Of a DNA stretch of 53,702 nucleotides, positions 1-9,794 are shown in pieces (position 1 is the first letter of the stretch; every line of letters starts with the position of its first letter). The position numbers were made by a program, and so were the translations under genes. The notes under the pieces were generated by a model, which saw only the letters and a program-made list of their open reading frames with translations, was not told the DNA's origin and ran no database searches. The stretch is from a virus (taxonomy: Duplodnaviria; Caudoviricetes). The stretch lies in the IMG/VR virus record IMGVR_UViG_3300033153_001952, positions 1-53,702 of that record; one strand, given 5' to 3'.

Positions 1-175
1 GATAGAATGCAAGGGTTTATTGTGCCTAGCATACATAACAGCCGGACGCAAGAGCTTTAGCACAAGAGTTTTCTATGAGCCTATAAGTGCATAAGCCCCC
101 CTTATACCCCAATAGAGCGGACGAAGGACTGTCGCCTACCCAACCTCGCACTACAGAAAATTTGAAGTATGCGTT

Positions 176-355
176 TTAGCGAGCACTACTCTCCTTCTTC
201 AGCGACTTCTTTATAGGCTTAGCGCCACAGACAGAACACTTCTCATTAGGCCCAACTAAGTTCCTATCACAATTGTAGCACCAATACAAGCCGCTAGAGG
301 GCTCCATAGCCTGTTCTCTGTTACTCTTCTTGTACTCATAGTCATCATAGTCCAT
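176..355 (-). CDS. Small zinc-ribbon protein (start moved to MDYDD)
   Basis: CxxC...CxxC (CYNC, CSVC); GAGGAGG RBS upstream of ATG at 355. Confidence 0.6.
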   Translation of the reverse strand: MDYDDYEYKKSNREQAMEPSSGLYWCYNCDRNLVGPNEKCSVCGAKPIKKSLKKESSAR

Positions 356-382
356 ATTCACCTCCTCAGTTATAGTCGCTTT

Positions 383-444
383 AGTGTATAGAAAAAAATA
401 AATTAAGTCAACCCTTGACAACCCACCTTGCCGTGCTCTATACT
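383..444. promoter_or_regulatory. Back-to-back sigma70-type promoters
   Basis: Minus strand TTGACT-17-TACACT (411..383); plus strand TTGACA-18-TATACT (415..444). Confidence 0.6.
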
Positions 445-480
445 CGCCCCATATCAATATGAAAAGCCAGAGGAGAGATT

Positions 481-651
481 ATGATTAGTAGCGCAGATAT
501 GTACGGTTGGGCTTCAACTATGGAGCTTGCTTATTATAAACATAACACAGCACATGGAGCAATCACTGAAGTGGTGGCTAAGTTCCCACTAGCAGATAGG
601 CAGACACTGAGAGCTATGTGGGTTGTATTTAATATCAAAGAGGTAGAATAG
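481..651 (+). CDS. Hypothetical 56-aa protein (not in ORF track)
   Basis: GAGGAG RBS, ATG at 481, open to TAG at 651 (MISSADMYGW...KEVE). Confidence 0.55.
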   Translation: MISSADMYGWASTMELAYYKHNTAHGAITEVVAKFPLADRQTLRAMWVVFNIKEVE

Positions 652-1163
652 TGACTACAGCACAACTAATAAATCAAGATTCAGGGAATACAGAGTACTA
701 CACTCCACAAGAAATAGTTGAGATGGCAAGAGAGGTGATGGGCAGCATTAGCCTTGACCCCTTCAGTAGCGACATTGCTAATCTATCTGTAGGAGCTGAA
801 GAATACTTTGATGAGTGGCTTGATGGACTATCTCAGCTCTGGTGGGGTAATGTCTGGATGAACCACCCTTTCGGCAGAGCTATGAATAAGAAAGCTATTA
901 ACAAGTTGGTGTATGAGTATAGAATGGGTAATATTAATCAAGCCTGCTGCATTACCTTCAACTCTACTAGCGAGACATGGTTCAGACCGCTACTTCAGTA
1001 TCCTCAGTGCTTCATACACGGCAGAACTAATTACTACCTACCTGACGGCACTAAGAAGAAAGGGGTTACCAAAGGCAGTGTAGTCACTTACCTCGGAGGG
1101 GATGTAGATAAATTCGCAGAGGTGTTTTCTAGGATAGGGACAGTTAAGGTTAAAGGAGGGTAG
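651..1163 (+). CDS. Phage DNA N6-adenine methyltransferase (Dam-like)
   Basis: YYTPQEIV, LDPFS, and WMNHPF (NPPY-like motif IV). Confidence 0.85.
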   Translation: MTTAQLINQDSGNTEYYTPQEIVEMAREVMGSISLDPFSSDIANLSVGAEEYFDEWLDGLSQLWWGNVWMNHPFGRAMNKKAINKLVYEYRMGNINQACCITFNSTSETWFRPLLQYPQCFIHGRTNYYLPDGTKKKGVTKGSVVTYLGGDVDKFAEVFSRIGTVKVKGG

Positions 1164-1166
1164 AGT

Positions 1167-1487
1167 ATGCGAGAGATTAAGTTTAGAGGAAGAATATCAC
1201 AGTGCTTAGAAAATGCTGGGGCATGGGTATATTGGGGAATTAACGGAACCGATATGCTTGATGCTATTGACCCAGACACTATCGGGCAATACACCGGCCT
1301 AAAGGACAAGAATGGAGTAGAGATGTATGAGGGAGATATTGTTAAATGTAATAATTGTTTCATAGCCCCTATTGAATTCTCTAGTGGGGTTTTCTACGGT
1401 CATAATGGACTGGCGCTCAATCAATGGTACACTAAGGAAGTACTTGGCAACATCCACCAACACCCTGAACTATTAGAGGAGGCTTAA
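1167..1487 (+). CDS. YopX family protein
   Basis: MREIKFRG...GQYTGLKDKNGVEMYEGDIV...EVLGNIHQHPELL signature. Confidence 0.9.
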   Translation: MREIKFRGRISQCLENAGAWVYWGINGTDMLDAIDPDTIGQYTGLKDKNGVEMYEGDIVKCNNCFIAPIEFSSGVFYGHNGLALNQWYTKEVLGNIHQHPELLEEA

Positions 1488-1721
1488 ATGAGTATAGTAG
1501 GGAGAAATTGTAAAGCTAAGATAGACGGAGAACAGGTGATAGCTAGAGTAATCACTGACCCTGTACCTGCGAGTCTAGGCCGTCATGTGTATTTCTACAT
1601 CACAGTAGAGTATAACTTAGAGGTGTATAAGCTATCAGCGTCCGCTATTAGGCTAGAGCCTGCCGTCACTTACTCTATGCCAGTTGTCTTTCCACCGCAG
1701 CTTTATAGGAAGGTTGTATGA
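1488..1721 (+). CDS. Hypothetical protein
   Basis: RBS; ATGA overlap with the next gene. Confidence 0.6.
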   Translation: MSIVGRNCKAKIDGEQVIARVITDPVPASLGRHVYFYITVEYNLEVYKLSASAIRLEPAVTYSMPVVFPPQLYRKVV

Positions 1722-2578
1722 AATTTACAGTGAATGATAATAGAGATGTAGTTAAGGGGGTCTGTGACAGGGGCTCTGAAACCTGCGTGAAGAGCGTTGA
1801 TGAGGTGAGCACAGAGAAGAGTACAGTGTTTATCTCCAGCTCTGTAGGATGCCCTATGAAGTGTAAGTTCTGTCACCTGACAATTAATGACACTAAGTAC
1901 CAATCTCTATCTCAGGAAGAGATTGAAGCTAATACGATAGATGCAGTTGGTATGGCAGGCTACTGGAATAATGACATCATGAATAGAACTCTGAAGCTCT
2001 CTTGGATGGGTATGGGTGATGCTATGCTGCACCCTGAGATTATTCTGGATGCGTCTTCTTGGATTATAGATATTCTTGAGGATTGCGAAGATGTTAAGGG
2101 TTTGCAACGAATAGACGTATCAACTGTGATGCCTAAGTCTGTAAGCTTTAATGATATGGAGTATGTATCTAGACTGTACAAGATTATGGACAAAGACGGC
2201 TTCCGCATGTTCTATTCACTATTCTCAGCGATCCCCGAGACACGGGACTACATGATTCCTAACTGTAAGAGTGCTGAAGACGCTATGCAGATGTTCCGTG
2301 AGGCAGGTATGACTGTCACTATTCACCAGATATTTATTGAAGGGGTGAATGATAATATAGACGAAGTTAATGCTATGATTGAGTTTGTTAATGATAATAA
2401 AGATGTCATTGATGAGTTCCGTGTGCTAGAATACAATGAAGCAGATAATTCATGGTGGTTCGAGAGTGCTTGCTATGGCGCTATTGGCGAACACCTTATG
2501 TACCGCCTACAAGTGCCTGTTAAGTTCCAAGTAAGCCCCGGAAAAGAGATTAAGGCTGCTTGCGGGATGTTTAACTGA
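1718..2578 (+). CDS. RlmN/Cfr-like radical SAM enzyme
   Basis: ISSSVGCPMKCKFC (CX3CX2C), MGMGD, GVND, and C-terminal EIKAACG, colinear with RlmN motifs. Confidence 0.85.
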   Translation: MKFTVNDNRDVVKGVCDRGSETCVKSVDEVSTEKSTVFISSSVGCPMKCKFCHLTINDTKYQSLSQEEIEANTIDAVGMAGYWNNDIMNRTLKLSWMGMGDAMLHPEIILDASSWIIDILEDCEDVKGLQRIDVSTVMPKSVSFNDMEYVSRLYKIMDKDGFRMFYSLFSAIPETRDYMIPNCKSAEDAMQMFREAGMTVTIHQIFIEGVNDNIDEVNAMIEFVNDNKDVIDEFRVLEYNEADNSWWFESACYGAIGEHLMYRLQVPVKFQVSPGKEIKAACGMFN

Positions 2579-3027
2579 TGGATGTTCTAGGATCATTGAG
2601 AGGGCTCCTGACAGAGCCTGCACCTAAACACCCTAAATGTAAGCTCATATACTACGAGATGCAGGGAGATTATGATTGCACATACCCAAGTCATGTGTTA
2701 TCTTGTGATGAGTGTAAATATGGGGGCGGTAGGAAAGACCCTGAAGCTAAATGTAATAGACTATAAGGAGGGATGATGGATATATTTGATTTTGAAGAGT
2801 TGACAGCAGAGATGCTAGGTGTTACAGATGAGCAGCGAGAGGATGATGATTTCCTCCCTAATAAATTCTATTGTGAATTCGATATTGATTTTGAAACGGC
2901 TTTCGAGTTTGCACAAGCCTTGCTGCTACATACCGTACCTGTGGAGGCTGGACTGAGTGGGAAGAAGTATCATGCCTTCATTAGCAGGCAGCACCCCGCG
3001 ATGCTAATGAAGAGGGAGGCTGTATGA
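2578..3027 (+). CDS. Two hypothetical proteins (2578-2766 Cys-rich; 2773-3027)
   Basis: Tightly packed ORFs with RBS. Confidence 0.55.
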
Positions 3028-3425
3028 TTATTGAAACTAAATATAATTTAGGTGACTTCGTGTATGTCATCTTACGTAAGCAGAAGTCAACAACAGTGGA
3101 TTGCTCTGCGTGTAGTGGGACTGGACGTATTACGCTGAACAATGGTAAGGATAGATCCTGCCCCGAGTGCTACGGTAGGCGTACAGAAACCACTTGGGAA
3201 CCTGAAGCTTGGGCTCTCTCTTATGAGAGTAGTGGTAATATCGGGAGGATCGGTGTGGAGCGTTATGCTGTAGAGTATCAAGACATGGAAGATGTCACTC
3301 AATACATGCTAAACTCCACAGGTGTAGGTAGCGGCACTCTATGGAAAGAGGAGAGATTATTCCTTACTGTTGAATTGGCTCAAGCTGAATGTGATAGACT
3401 AAACGAGGAGGATGGTAATGTTTAA
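3024..3425 (+). CDS. DnaJ-type zinc-finger protein
   Basis: CSACSGTG and CPECYG motifs. Confidence 0.65.
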   Translation: MIIETKYNLGDFVYVILRKQKSTTVDCSACSGTGRITLNNGKDRSCPECYGRRTETTWEPEAWALSYESSGNIGRIGVERYAVEYQDMEDVTQYMLNSTGVGSGTLWKEERLFLTVELAQAECDRLNEEDGNV

Positions 3426-4041
3426 AGAAGGTGATAAGGTAGAACTAGTAGTTATAGGTATTCTTGATGGTTGGAGTATGGATTGGCCTGCTGAAGCTGG
3501 GTTACATATCGGAGATACTGCCACAATACTGATTAGCGTTATTTCTGGCGATGGTAACGAAGATGTTATACTGAAGGGCTACCCTTTCTTCATGGACTCG
3601 CGTTACTTCAAATTAGTAGAGGAGGTAGCATGAATACAAGCTTCAGAGTTAATGATGAGGTAGAGATTGTTGAGCTAGGCTGTCTCGACTGGGAAGATAT
3701 TGCTTGGCTGGAGGAAGCTGGGCTGGAGGTAGGAGATAGATTTATTATCAACTCTATAGGATTCTCAAAGACTAATGAACACCTTAGCTTAGTTGGAGAT
3801 ACTTCTGAGTTCCACTACTCACCTCTTCATTTTAAACTAGTGGAGAAACTTAGTTGTGAAGCCTAGCCTAGATAGTGGGAACAGACGGCGCATCGAGAAG
3901 GAAGTTAAGATAATGAAAGCTTACCTCAGAGGTGATAAGCTTGAAGCGCAGTATTGGATTAACTGTAAACCTACATGGATGGCTATGGCTGAAGATGAAG
4001 CCCTAATACTCGCAGAGTATGAATATCGTATTGCTAAATAA
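3412..4041 (+). CDS. Three small hypothetical proteins (3412-3633, 3630-3866, 3856-4041); first two are paralogous
   Basis: Shared F(K/R)xxDxVE...EAGLxxGD...FKLVE pattern; overlapping starts and stops. Confidence 0.6.
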
Positions 4042-4042
4042 C

Positions 4043-4070
4043 AAGAAGCCCCTTAATTGGGGTTTTCTTT
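4043..4070 (+). terminator. Intrinsic terminator
   Basis: AAGCCCC/GGGGTTT stem followed by a T-rich tract. Confidence 0.7.
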
Positions 4071-4080
4071 CGTCTAGCTA

Positions 4081-4109
4081 TTGACATTTAATTACTATTG
4101 ATATACATT
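4081..4109 (+). promoter_or_regulatory. sigma70-type promoter
   Basis: TTGACA-17-TACATT. Confidence 0.65.
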
Positions 4110-4139
4110 ACTAGTCCCGATAAGGAATAAGGAGAGAAT

Positions 4140-4364
4140 ATGAGTCAACTTGCAGATATAAAGAATGTGTTCACCAACGCACATATGGATGGGGTGCTAG
4201 ATAGGCGTATGGCTACAGATATGTACTTAAATATCCTTGGCGCTCTTGAATGGGATACATACGATTTTAATTGTAAGCTAGAAGGTAGGGAGTTTGAAGC
4301 GGCACTCAAGAACGAGCAGAATGATGCTTGTATGGATCTCTTCGGACTACGTTACTATGACTGA
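4140..4364 (+). CDS. Hypothetical protein
   Basis: AAGGAG RBS. Confidence 0.6.
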   Translation: MSQLADIKNVFTNAHMDGVLDRRMATDMYLNILGALEWDTYDFNCKLEGREFEAALKNEQNDACMDLFGLRYYD

Positions 4365-4731
4365 TCCACTAACATGCTTAGCACTAGCCATCTACTTCGA
4401 GGCTCGCAGTGAGTCTCTGGCAGGTCAGTACCTAGTTGTTAATACAATTATGAATAGGGTGGAGAGTGTACGGTATCCAAGCACAATCTGTGGTGTGGTA
4501 GCCCAGAAGCACCAGTTTAGTTTTTATTGGGACGGTATACCTGAGAGGATGTCAAATAAGCTTGCAGCTGACAGGTCGCTACGGGTAGCTACCAATGCAG
4601 TAGCAGTTGATATGTCTTACTACGATGGTTGTCACTACCACGGCGATTGGATTGCTAAGCCACATTGGGCATATAGCTACAAAGAAGTATTACGTGAAGG
4701 TAAACATATATTTTATGAAGGAGGTTGTTAA
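4357..4731 (+). CDS. SleB-like cell wall hydrolase (Hydrolase_2)
   Basis: CLALAIYFEARSE, VVNTIMNRV, ICGVV, QFS, GKHIFY; start moved to MTDPL. Confidence 0.9.
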   Translation: MTDPLTCLALAIYFEARSESLAGQYLVVNTIMNRVESVRYPSTICGVVAQKHQFSFYWDGIPERMSNKLAADRSLRVATNAVAVDMSYYDGCHYHGDWIAKPHWAYSYKEVLREGKHIFYEGGC

Positions 4732-5344
4732 TGAGTGAAGTAGAGAAGCAGTATAGTGAGGAAGAGAAGAAAGGATTGCCACGAATTGAAAACTGGCATG
4801 CAGGGCCAAGCTGGGACAATACTGAGGAAAGTTTTGTTATGTATGGAATCGTCTACAATGACTCAAGATTTCTGGATGGGGAGCCTATCCGTACTTCTAT
4901 TCTCAAGCATGTAAGTGATGATGGCGTTCTTGAGACTGCCAATACTACCTACCTACTAGGAGAGCCTTATGCAGGAGTTTAATAATGTGAAGTACGCTGT
5001 AATTGACAAGGAGGCTAATATCATTGCTGGCGCAGGCGGTGATGGGTATGCTTTATACAAGACGCTCAAACATGCAAATGCCAAGGCGGCTAGATGTGGC
5101 CGAGATAGGTACTTCGTAGTGCCAATTTATTGCGGGGAGCCCTTAAATGACTATTAACGTGACTGGCGATGAAGTTATTGAAGCTATGGAGAAGTATAGT
5201 GCAGGTATGATTTCAGGTAAGGATCTAGCTCTTCGTGATAAGGCTCGCGGCTATATGTTAGAAGCTAGGCAGCTGTACGCTGAAGGCGATCTCGATGGAG
5301 CGTACAAGTTACAACAAGAAGTTGTAGAGTATCTAGTAGGATAA
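4725..5344 (+). CDS. Three hypothetical proteins (4725/4731-4982, 4969-5157, 5147-5344)
   Basis: Overlapping ORFs with GGAG RBS. Confidence 0.55.
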
Positions 5345-5377
5345 CCACACTAGCAACGTGGTTTTACATTTGCATTA

Positions 5378-5407
5378 AACAAAAAAAAAAGGGGCTTTCG
5401 CCCCTTT
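5378..5407. terminator. Bidirectional terminator between convergent blocks
   Basis: A-tract, GGGGC-TTTC-GCCCC hairpin, TTT; same hairpin recurs at about 40286. Confidence 0.8.
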
Positions 5408-5469
5408 ACTGATTCTTCTAAGATAAATAATAATTTAAAATAAGAAATGCTACAGCTAATACAACAGCC

Positions 5470-6733
5470 TTAAGCATATTGCTTAGCGTCATCCAGCACT
5501 CCCTTAGCCCAAGCCTTATATTCATAAGCTTCACCGTCCATCTCAACTATACGTTTAAGTACGTGCTTATATATTGAAACTTGATTGGTTAGCTCGCGCA
5601 GCTTATCGTGCTGCTCTTGATAAGTTAGACATACAGTGTATTTATTACAAGAATCCCTAAGCTCGCCACCTACCATATGAGAGTACCTTATATCTCTACC
5701 ACACCCGCACATATTACTCATACGTCCTCCATATGTAAAAACGATAGGCTCTCTATGATTATATTACCACTACCCCACCCGCACTCAAGACGTACATGCT
5801 CCGTAAAATCAGTTAACCACGTCTCTGCACCCGCCTTCTCAACTAGTGCCACTATACCACCTGACACTTTGCGCTTATTACCGTCAATATCGTATAGAAC
5901 AGCACAGTAGTGATACACATATCTAGGATCTGGCGTATGAGGGGTCTGTAAGGGCGCTGAGTCGTCTTTCCTCTCTTCACCTATACCATCGGTAGGGGTA
6001 GGCCACGGTGTAGGGTTATACGGGACTTCGAGAAGAGGCCCATATACTCTATTACAATCGCAAGTCATGCTAAAACTCCTTCAAGAGCCTTTAGCTTACG
6101 TACTGCGCGTTCATACTCATCCAACTGTTCTGTAACACTCACAATTCATCTCCTTCTTTCATTAATGTCGAAATACATTCTGGCCCTGTACGCGGTGCAT
6201 ACCTCCACATGACACGTCTAACCACCATACCCTCCATTACATCTAAAAGCTGCTTACGCCTATATGGTGTATTTGCTTTACTCTTTGATGGGAGATAATA
6301 GGTAGAGTAGAAATGTCTGATAAGTGCTGCTTTGTTCTTGAAGATGGGGCTTGCACCTCCCCCATCTGCGGCATATGCTAAACTCCAACCGTAAGTCTCT
6401 ACTATCTTGTTAGGAGTGGTATTGAGTATATGATTCATTAAGCCTCTCCTGCTGCTCCTCAGCACAGCAACTTCCATGCACTAGGTGCGTAGGCTTATCA
6501 GCATTAATCTTGACATAAAGTTGAGCGAAGTCAGGAAACAACGGAAGCATAGTGCCATCACTGGCGCAAGGCCACCCACACCACCCGCAACGGTAGATCT
6601 CTTCTGGGTAGTTCACCATAGCAGCTTCTACGTGTTGATTTACTGGTAGAGAGCCTATCTCATATTCATAGTGAGCGTCGAACTCTTCAAGAGATAGCTC
6701 GTCACTACAGCTCATACACAAGAACCTCACCAC
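5470..6733 (-). CDS. Four hypothetical proteins (5470-5721, 5718-6068, 6139-~6435, 6410-6733)
   Basis: Contiguous minus-strand ORFs, several Cys-rich. Confidence 0.5.
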
Positions 6734-7172
6734 CTGTGTAGGGGTCTAGCTTCATAGCGATATGTACAGCCTCTTCTGGTGTGGCTCCAGCAAGCATTGC
6801 GCCCATGGCAAAAGTAGACCCGCTACCAACAGCCATAGGTACATCTAACTCGATAGGTTCACAATAACCTTCATATGAATACAGAGTACCATTATTGAAC
6901 ATAATAAGCTCACTACGCTCTCCCTCATCCTCAACATATTCATCTGGATCTGCGCCCCGACTAATCCAATCAAAGAACTTATGAATCTTTGCATATGTAC
7001 CGGCCCCTGCTAGTGTAACCTTACCAGCAGGCACTACCTCACAACCGCAGTTACTAGTCTCAGCCTCTACTTCATGCTGAATAACCTTAACTGCCTGTCC
7101 GGGCATGATGAATGCGCCTGTCATTCGTGTATCTGTAGCTAGTGTTTTTCCATCGGTTGCTATGGTTGTAAT
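6705..7172 (-). CDS. HslV/proteasome-beta-like Ntn peptidase, apparent ATT start
   Basis: In-frame extension (I)TTIATDGKTLATDTRMT; GAGGAG RBS 8 nt upstream; AGAG, AVGSGS and DPYTGG motifs. Confidence 0.75.
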   Translation of the reverse strand: MTTIATDGKTLATDTRMTGAFIMPGQAVKVIQHEVEAETSNCGCEVVPAGKVTLAGAGTYAKIHKFFDWISRGADPDEYVEDEGERSELIMFNNGTLYSYEGYCEPIELDVPMAVGSGSTFAMGAMLAGATPEEAVHIAMKLDPYTGGEVLVYEL

Positions 7173-7557
7173 AGTGTATTCTCCTCTTTAGGTTCAAACC
7201 AGCGGCCAGATCGGCCACATTCTTTAAACATGATAGCGTAAACCGTAATGAGTCTACGGGCATTCCAAGTGTACTTACGCAGTGGAGCTGTGCCACGCGA
7301 GTTCAAGCCGTTCTTTGGATTGCTGCACATATCGTATTCAGGCGTATGGTGCTTACAACCTTCGCATGTCACCATCTCATATGCTCAATATCTTCAACAT
7401 CATCCAGCAGGCATAAGATTGCACTATGCATCTCGTTTGCATCTAGATTTTGTGTGGAAGAGCGTAAAGCCCCTAGATTGTCGCGCAACACGCTGCCCAT
7501 GCAACTAGACATAAGCATCTCGATGCGCTCTTCTTCAGTTAATTCTAATTTTATCAT
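7160..7557 (-). CDS. Two hypothetical proteins (7160-7375 Cys-rich; 7369-~7557)
   Basis: RBS AAGGAGG; overlapping ORFs. Confidence 0.5.
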
Positions 7558-7577
7558 TAATACCTCCTTAATCAGTA

Positions 7578-7606
7578 AGACTACCATACTCTGTAGGTTG
7601 TGTCAA
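7578..7606 (-). promoter_or_regulatory. sigma70-type promoter
   Basis: TTGACA-17-TAGTCT with upstream TG. Confidence 0.55.
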
Positions 7607-7608
7607 CC

Positions 7609-8496
7609 TTAAAATTCAATCCAAGGATCACCAACATTAATAGTCTTGATACCGAGCTCCTGCCAAGTACGGCACATAACTGGTCGGTCATCAATAGCCA
7701 TGCAGACATTACACTTACCATCCAACTCATTCCAAAGAAGTTCTTCTTTAATGATTGAGTCTTTACGGTTGTCGCCAGCTTCGCGCATGTACAGTGAAAA
7801 GTGTATAGGTACGTTGATATCAAGCCATTGCTTAGTTTCATCATAGCAGCAGCCATCACGCCCAGACAAAAATACAATCTTGTAGCCGTCACGCTTAAGG
7901 CCAACAACTATATCAATCACTTCTTCAATAGGTTCATCCTCACCAACCTTATCCCAATGGAACGGCCCTCTACCAGCCATACGAGCCACTGTACCATCAA
8001 CATCTACGATAACAGTTTGTGGTAGTGACCAATCCTGTACATACTGCTTACGGCCCTTATACTTCAGCCACTGTCCATACATACGAGCAATTACAGAGTG
8101 GCCCACACCATTAGCACGACGAGCATCACGCTTCCAAGCCTCTTCTAGTGAGATGGGGAACTCTTTAATCTCTACTTCAAACCCAGCCTTCTCTAGATAC
8201 GCAATAAGCAACTTACGATACTTAGGGTTAATATTAGTGTCTGAGATAATAACATCATGACCAAAACCTCTGACAAGCTCAATCTCACTATACTGAATAT
8301 CAGTAACTTTAGATTCATTCTTCCATTTATACTTAGCCCAGTTGCGCTCACCCTTGCAGAAGATCTCGAAGCGGATATCATCACGATTGACATTATGCCA
8401 CTGCCTACAGTTTAACCGCCACTGCTCTTTGATAAACTCCTCTGCCCAAGTAGATTTGCCTGAGCATGGAATCCCTACTGTCACTATTGCTTTCAT
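7609..8496 (-). CDS. pseT: Polynucleotide 5'-kinase/3'-phosphatase (T4 PseT-like)
   Basis: P-loop GIPCSGKST, NRDDIR, HAD DVDGT, SGR, RKDSIIK, IDDR. Confidence 0.95.
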   Translation of the reverse strand: MKAIVTVGIPCSGKSTWAEEFIKEQWRLNCRQWHNVNRDDIRFEIFCKGERNWAKYKWKNESKVTDIQYSEIELVRGFGHDVIISDTNINPKYRKLLIAYLEKAGFEVEIKEFPISLEEAWKRDARRANGVGHSVIARMYGQWLKYKGRKQYVQDWSLPQTVIVDVDGTVARMAGRGPFHWDKVGEDEPIEEVIDIVVGLKRDGYKIVFLSGRDGCCYDETKQWLDINVPIHFSLYMREAGDNRKDSIIKEELLWNELDGKCNVCMAIDDRPVMCRTWQELGIKTINVGDPWIEF

Positions 8497-9794
8497 TCTG
8501 CGCTCTCCTCACTCTCAACATCAGCCTCACCCTTATCAAGCATCTTAGTCTCATGACCAAGGAACTTGAAGCTCTTGTACTTGAAGCATTCAATACCGTT
8601 TCCACGCTCCACTCGAACTACAATACCCTCCTCTGGCACTTTGTTATTGCAAAAGTAAGAGTCTTGGTCATACACATACTCGCGTCCTAGGTGACCAAAG
8701 AAGGATTCAGAGAAAGACTCGCCCTGATTGTATGCTTCGTCGTGTACACGATCATCCATGAGTTCATATGCATTTCCGTAGTAAATCTCAGGAACCGTCT
8801 TAAACCCCATCTCTTCACAACGATGCTTAACCTGATGCCAAGGCATCTCAATAACATCACCATCCTCATTGGTAGAGGTCATTCGGTATACGTAGATCTC
8901 GCTAGTATTCGGAGCACATTTATAATCGTAACCTTTCTGTATCTCTTTACCACCGTCCGTGTGACCGACAAGTTCATAATAGACGCTTTCACCTTTACGT
9001 AGTTTGGTCTTGAACATGTTACCTGCCATCGTCCACAAGTCGCTGTCATAGAAGTGGTGGTATACTTTATCGTCATTTTTAATCACCTTTCGTGAACTAA
9101 ACACGTAGTCGTAGTAAGTATCGACAATATCCAGACCGAGCTTCTTACCAATGAGGTTCCAGATGCTAAATTCAGTCTTCTTGCACTTGACATATGCCGC
9201 CACACCTGAAGTACCGTGGAACTTCCAAGTGATAGATATGAGATCGTCTGGCTGCACTTTGTGCATATTACGGCCAAGCTGAGCCGTATCGAAGTGGAAA
9301 TTAAACTGCCCCTCAACCACACGCGACTCGCGCTTAGCTTTCTTGCCGTTAAGGCTGTTGCCTTCGGACTGCATACGCTTTGGTAGTTCAAACTTCTTAC
9401 TAACTTGCATACCAGCTACGATGTCAAGGTCATCACCATCCTCAAGAATTAGAGCTGCAAACTCAGGTATCTTGAAGAAGTCAGTAATAGTCATGAAATA
9501 ACCCATAGACTTCTCACCACGGAAGCTCTGAGCCCGTACACGGCGGTTCTTATCGAACATACCACCAGCAGGCTTACCATCCTCATCTTTACGACGAATC
9601 AAATCATTAGCGTCTGCCAGCTCCTGCCCAATCTGAGCTTCAAGTGGGAAGTAGATCCCAACATCACCCTCTTTAGCATCTAAGCCTACGATGATGTTGT
9701 TACCGAAAATGGTGGTACACATAAGCCGGTCTGCATTACTATGCTTGCGTACTTCGCCTAGCCGTACCACAACTGCACTATAATTACTACTCAT
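8493..9794 (-). CDS. ATP-dependent RNA ligase with N-terminal OB-like domain (DRB0094/Rnl2-like)
   Basis: HSNADRL N-terminus, motif I KFHGTS, YYEL, EGIVVR, KYKS. Confidence 0.85.
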   Translation of the reverse strand: MSSNYSAVVVRLGEVRKHSNADRLMCTTIFGNNIIVGLDAKEGDVGIYFPLEAQIGQELADANDLIRRKDEDGKPAGGMFDKNRRVRAQSFRGEKSMGYFMTITDFFKIPEFAALILEDGDDLDIVAGMQVSKKFELPKRMQSEGNSLNGKKAKRESRVVEGQFNFHFDTAQLGRNMHKVQPDDLISITWKFHGTSGVAAYVKCKKTEFSIWNLIGKKLGLDIVDTYYDYVFSSRKVIKNDDKVYHHFYDSDLWTMAGNMFKTKLRKGESVYYELVGHTDGGKEIQKGYDYKCAPNTSEIYVYRMTSTNEDGDVIEMPWHQVKHRCEEMGFKTVPEIYYGNAYELMDDRVHDEAYNQGESFSESFFGHLGREYVYDQDSYFCNNKVPEEGIVVRVERGNGIECFKYKSFKFLGHETKMLDKGEADVESEESAE

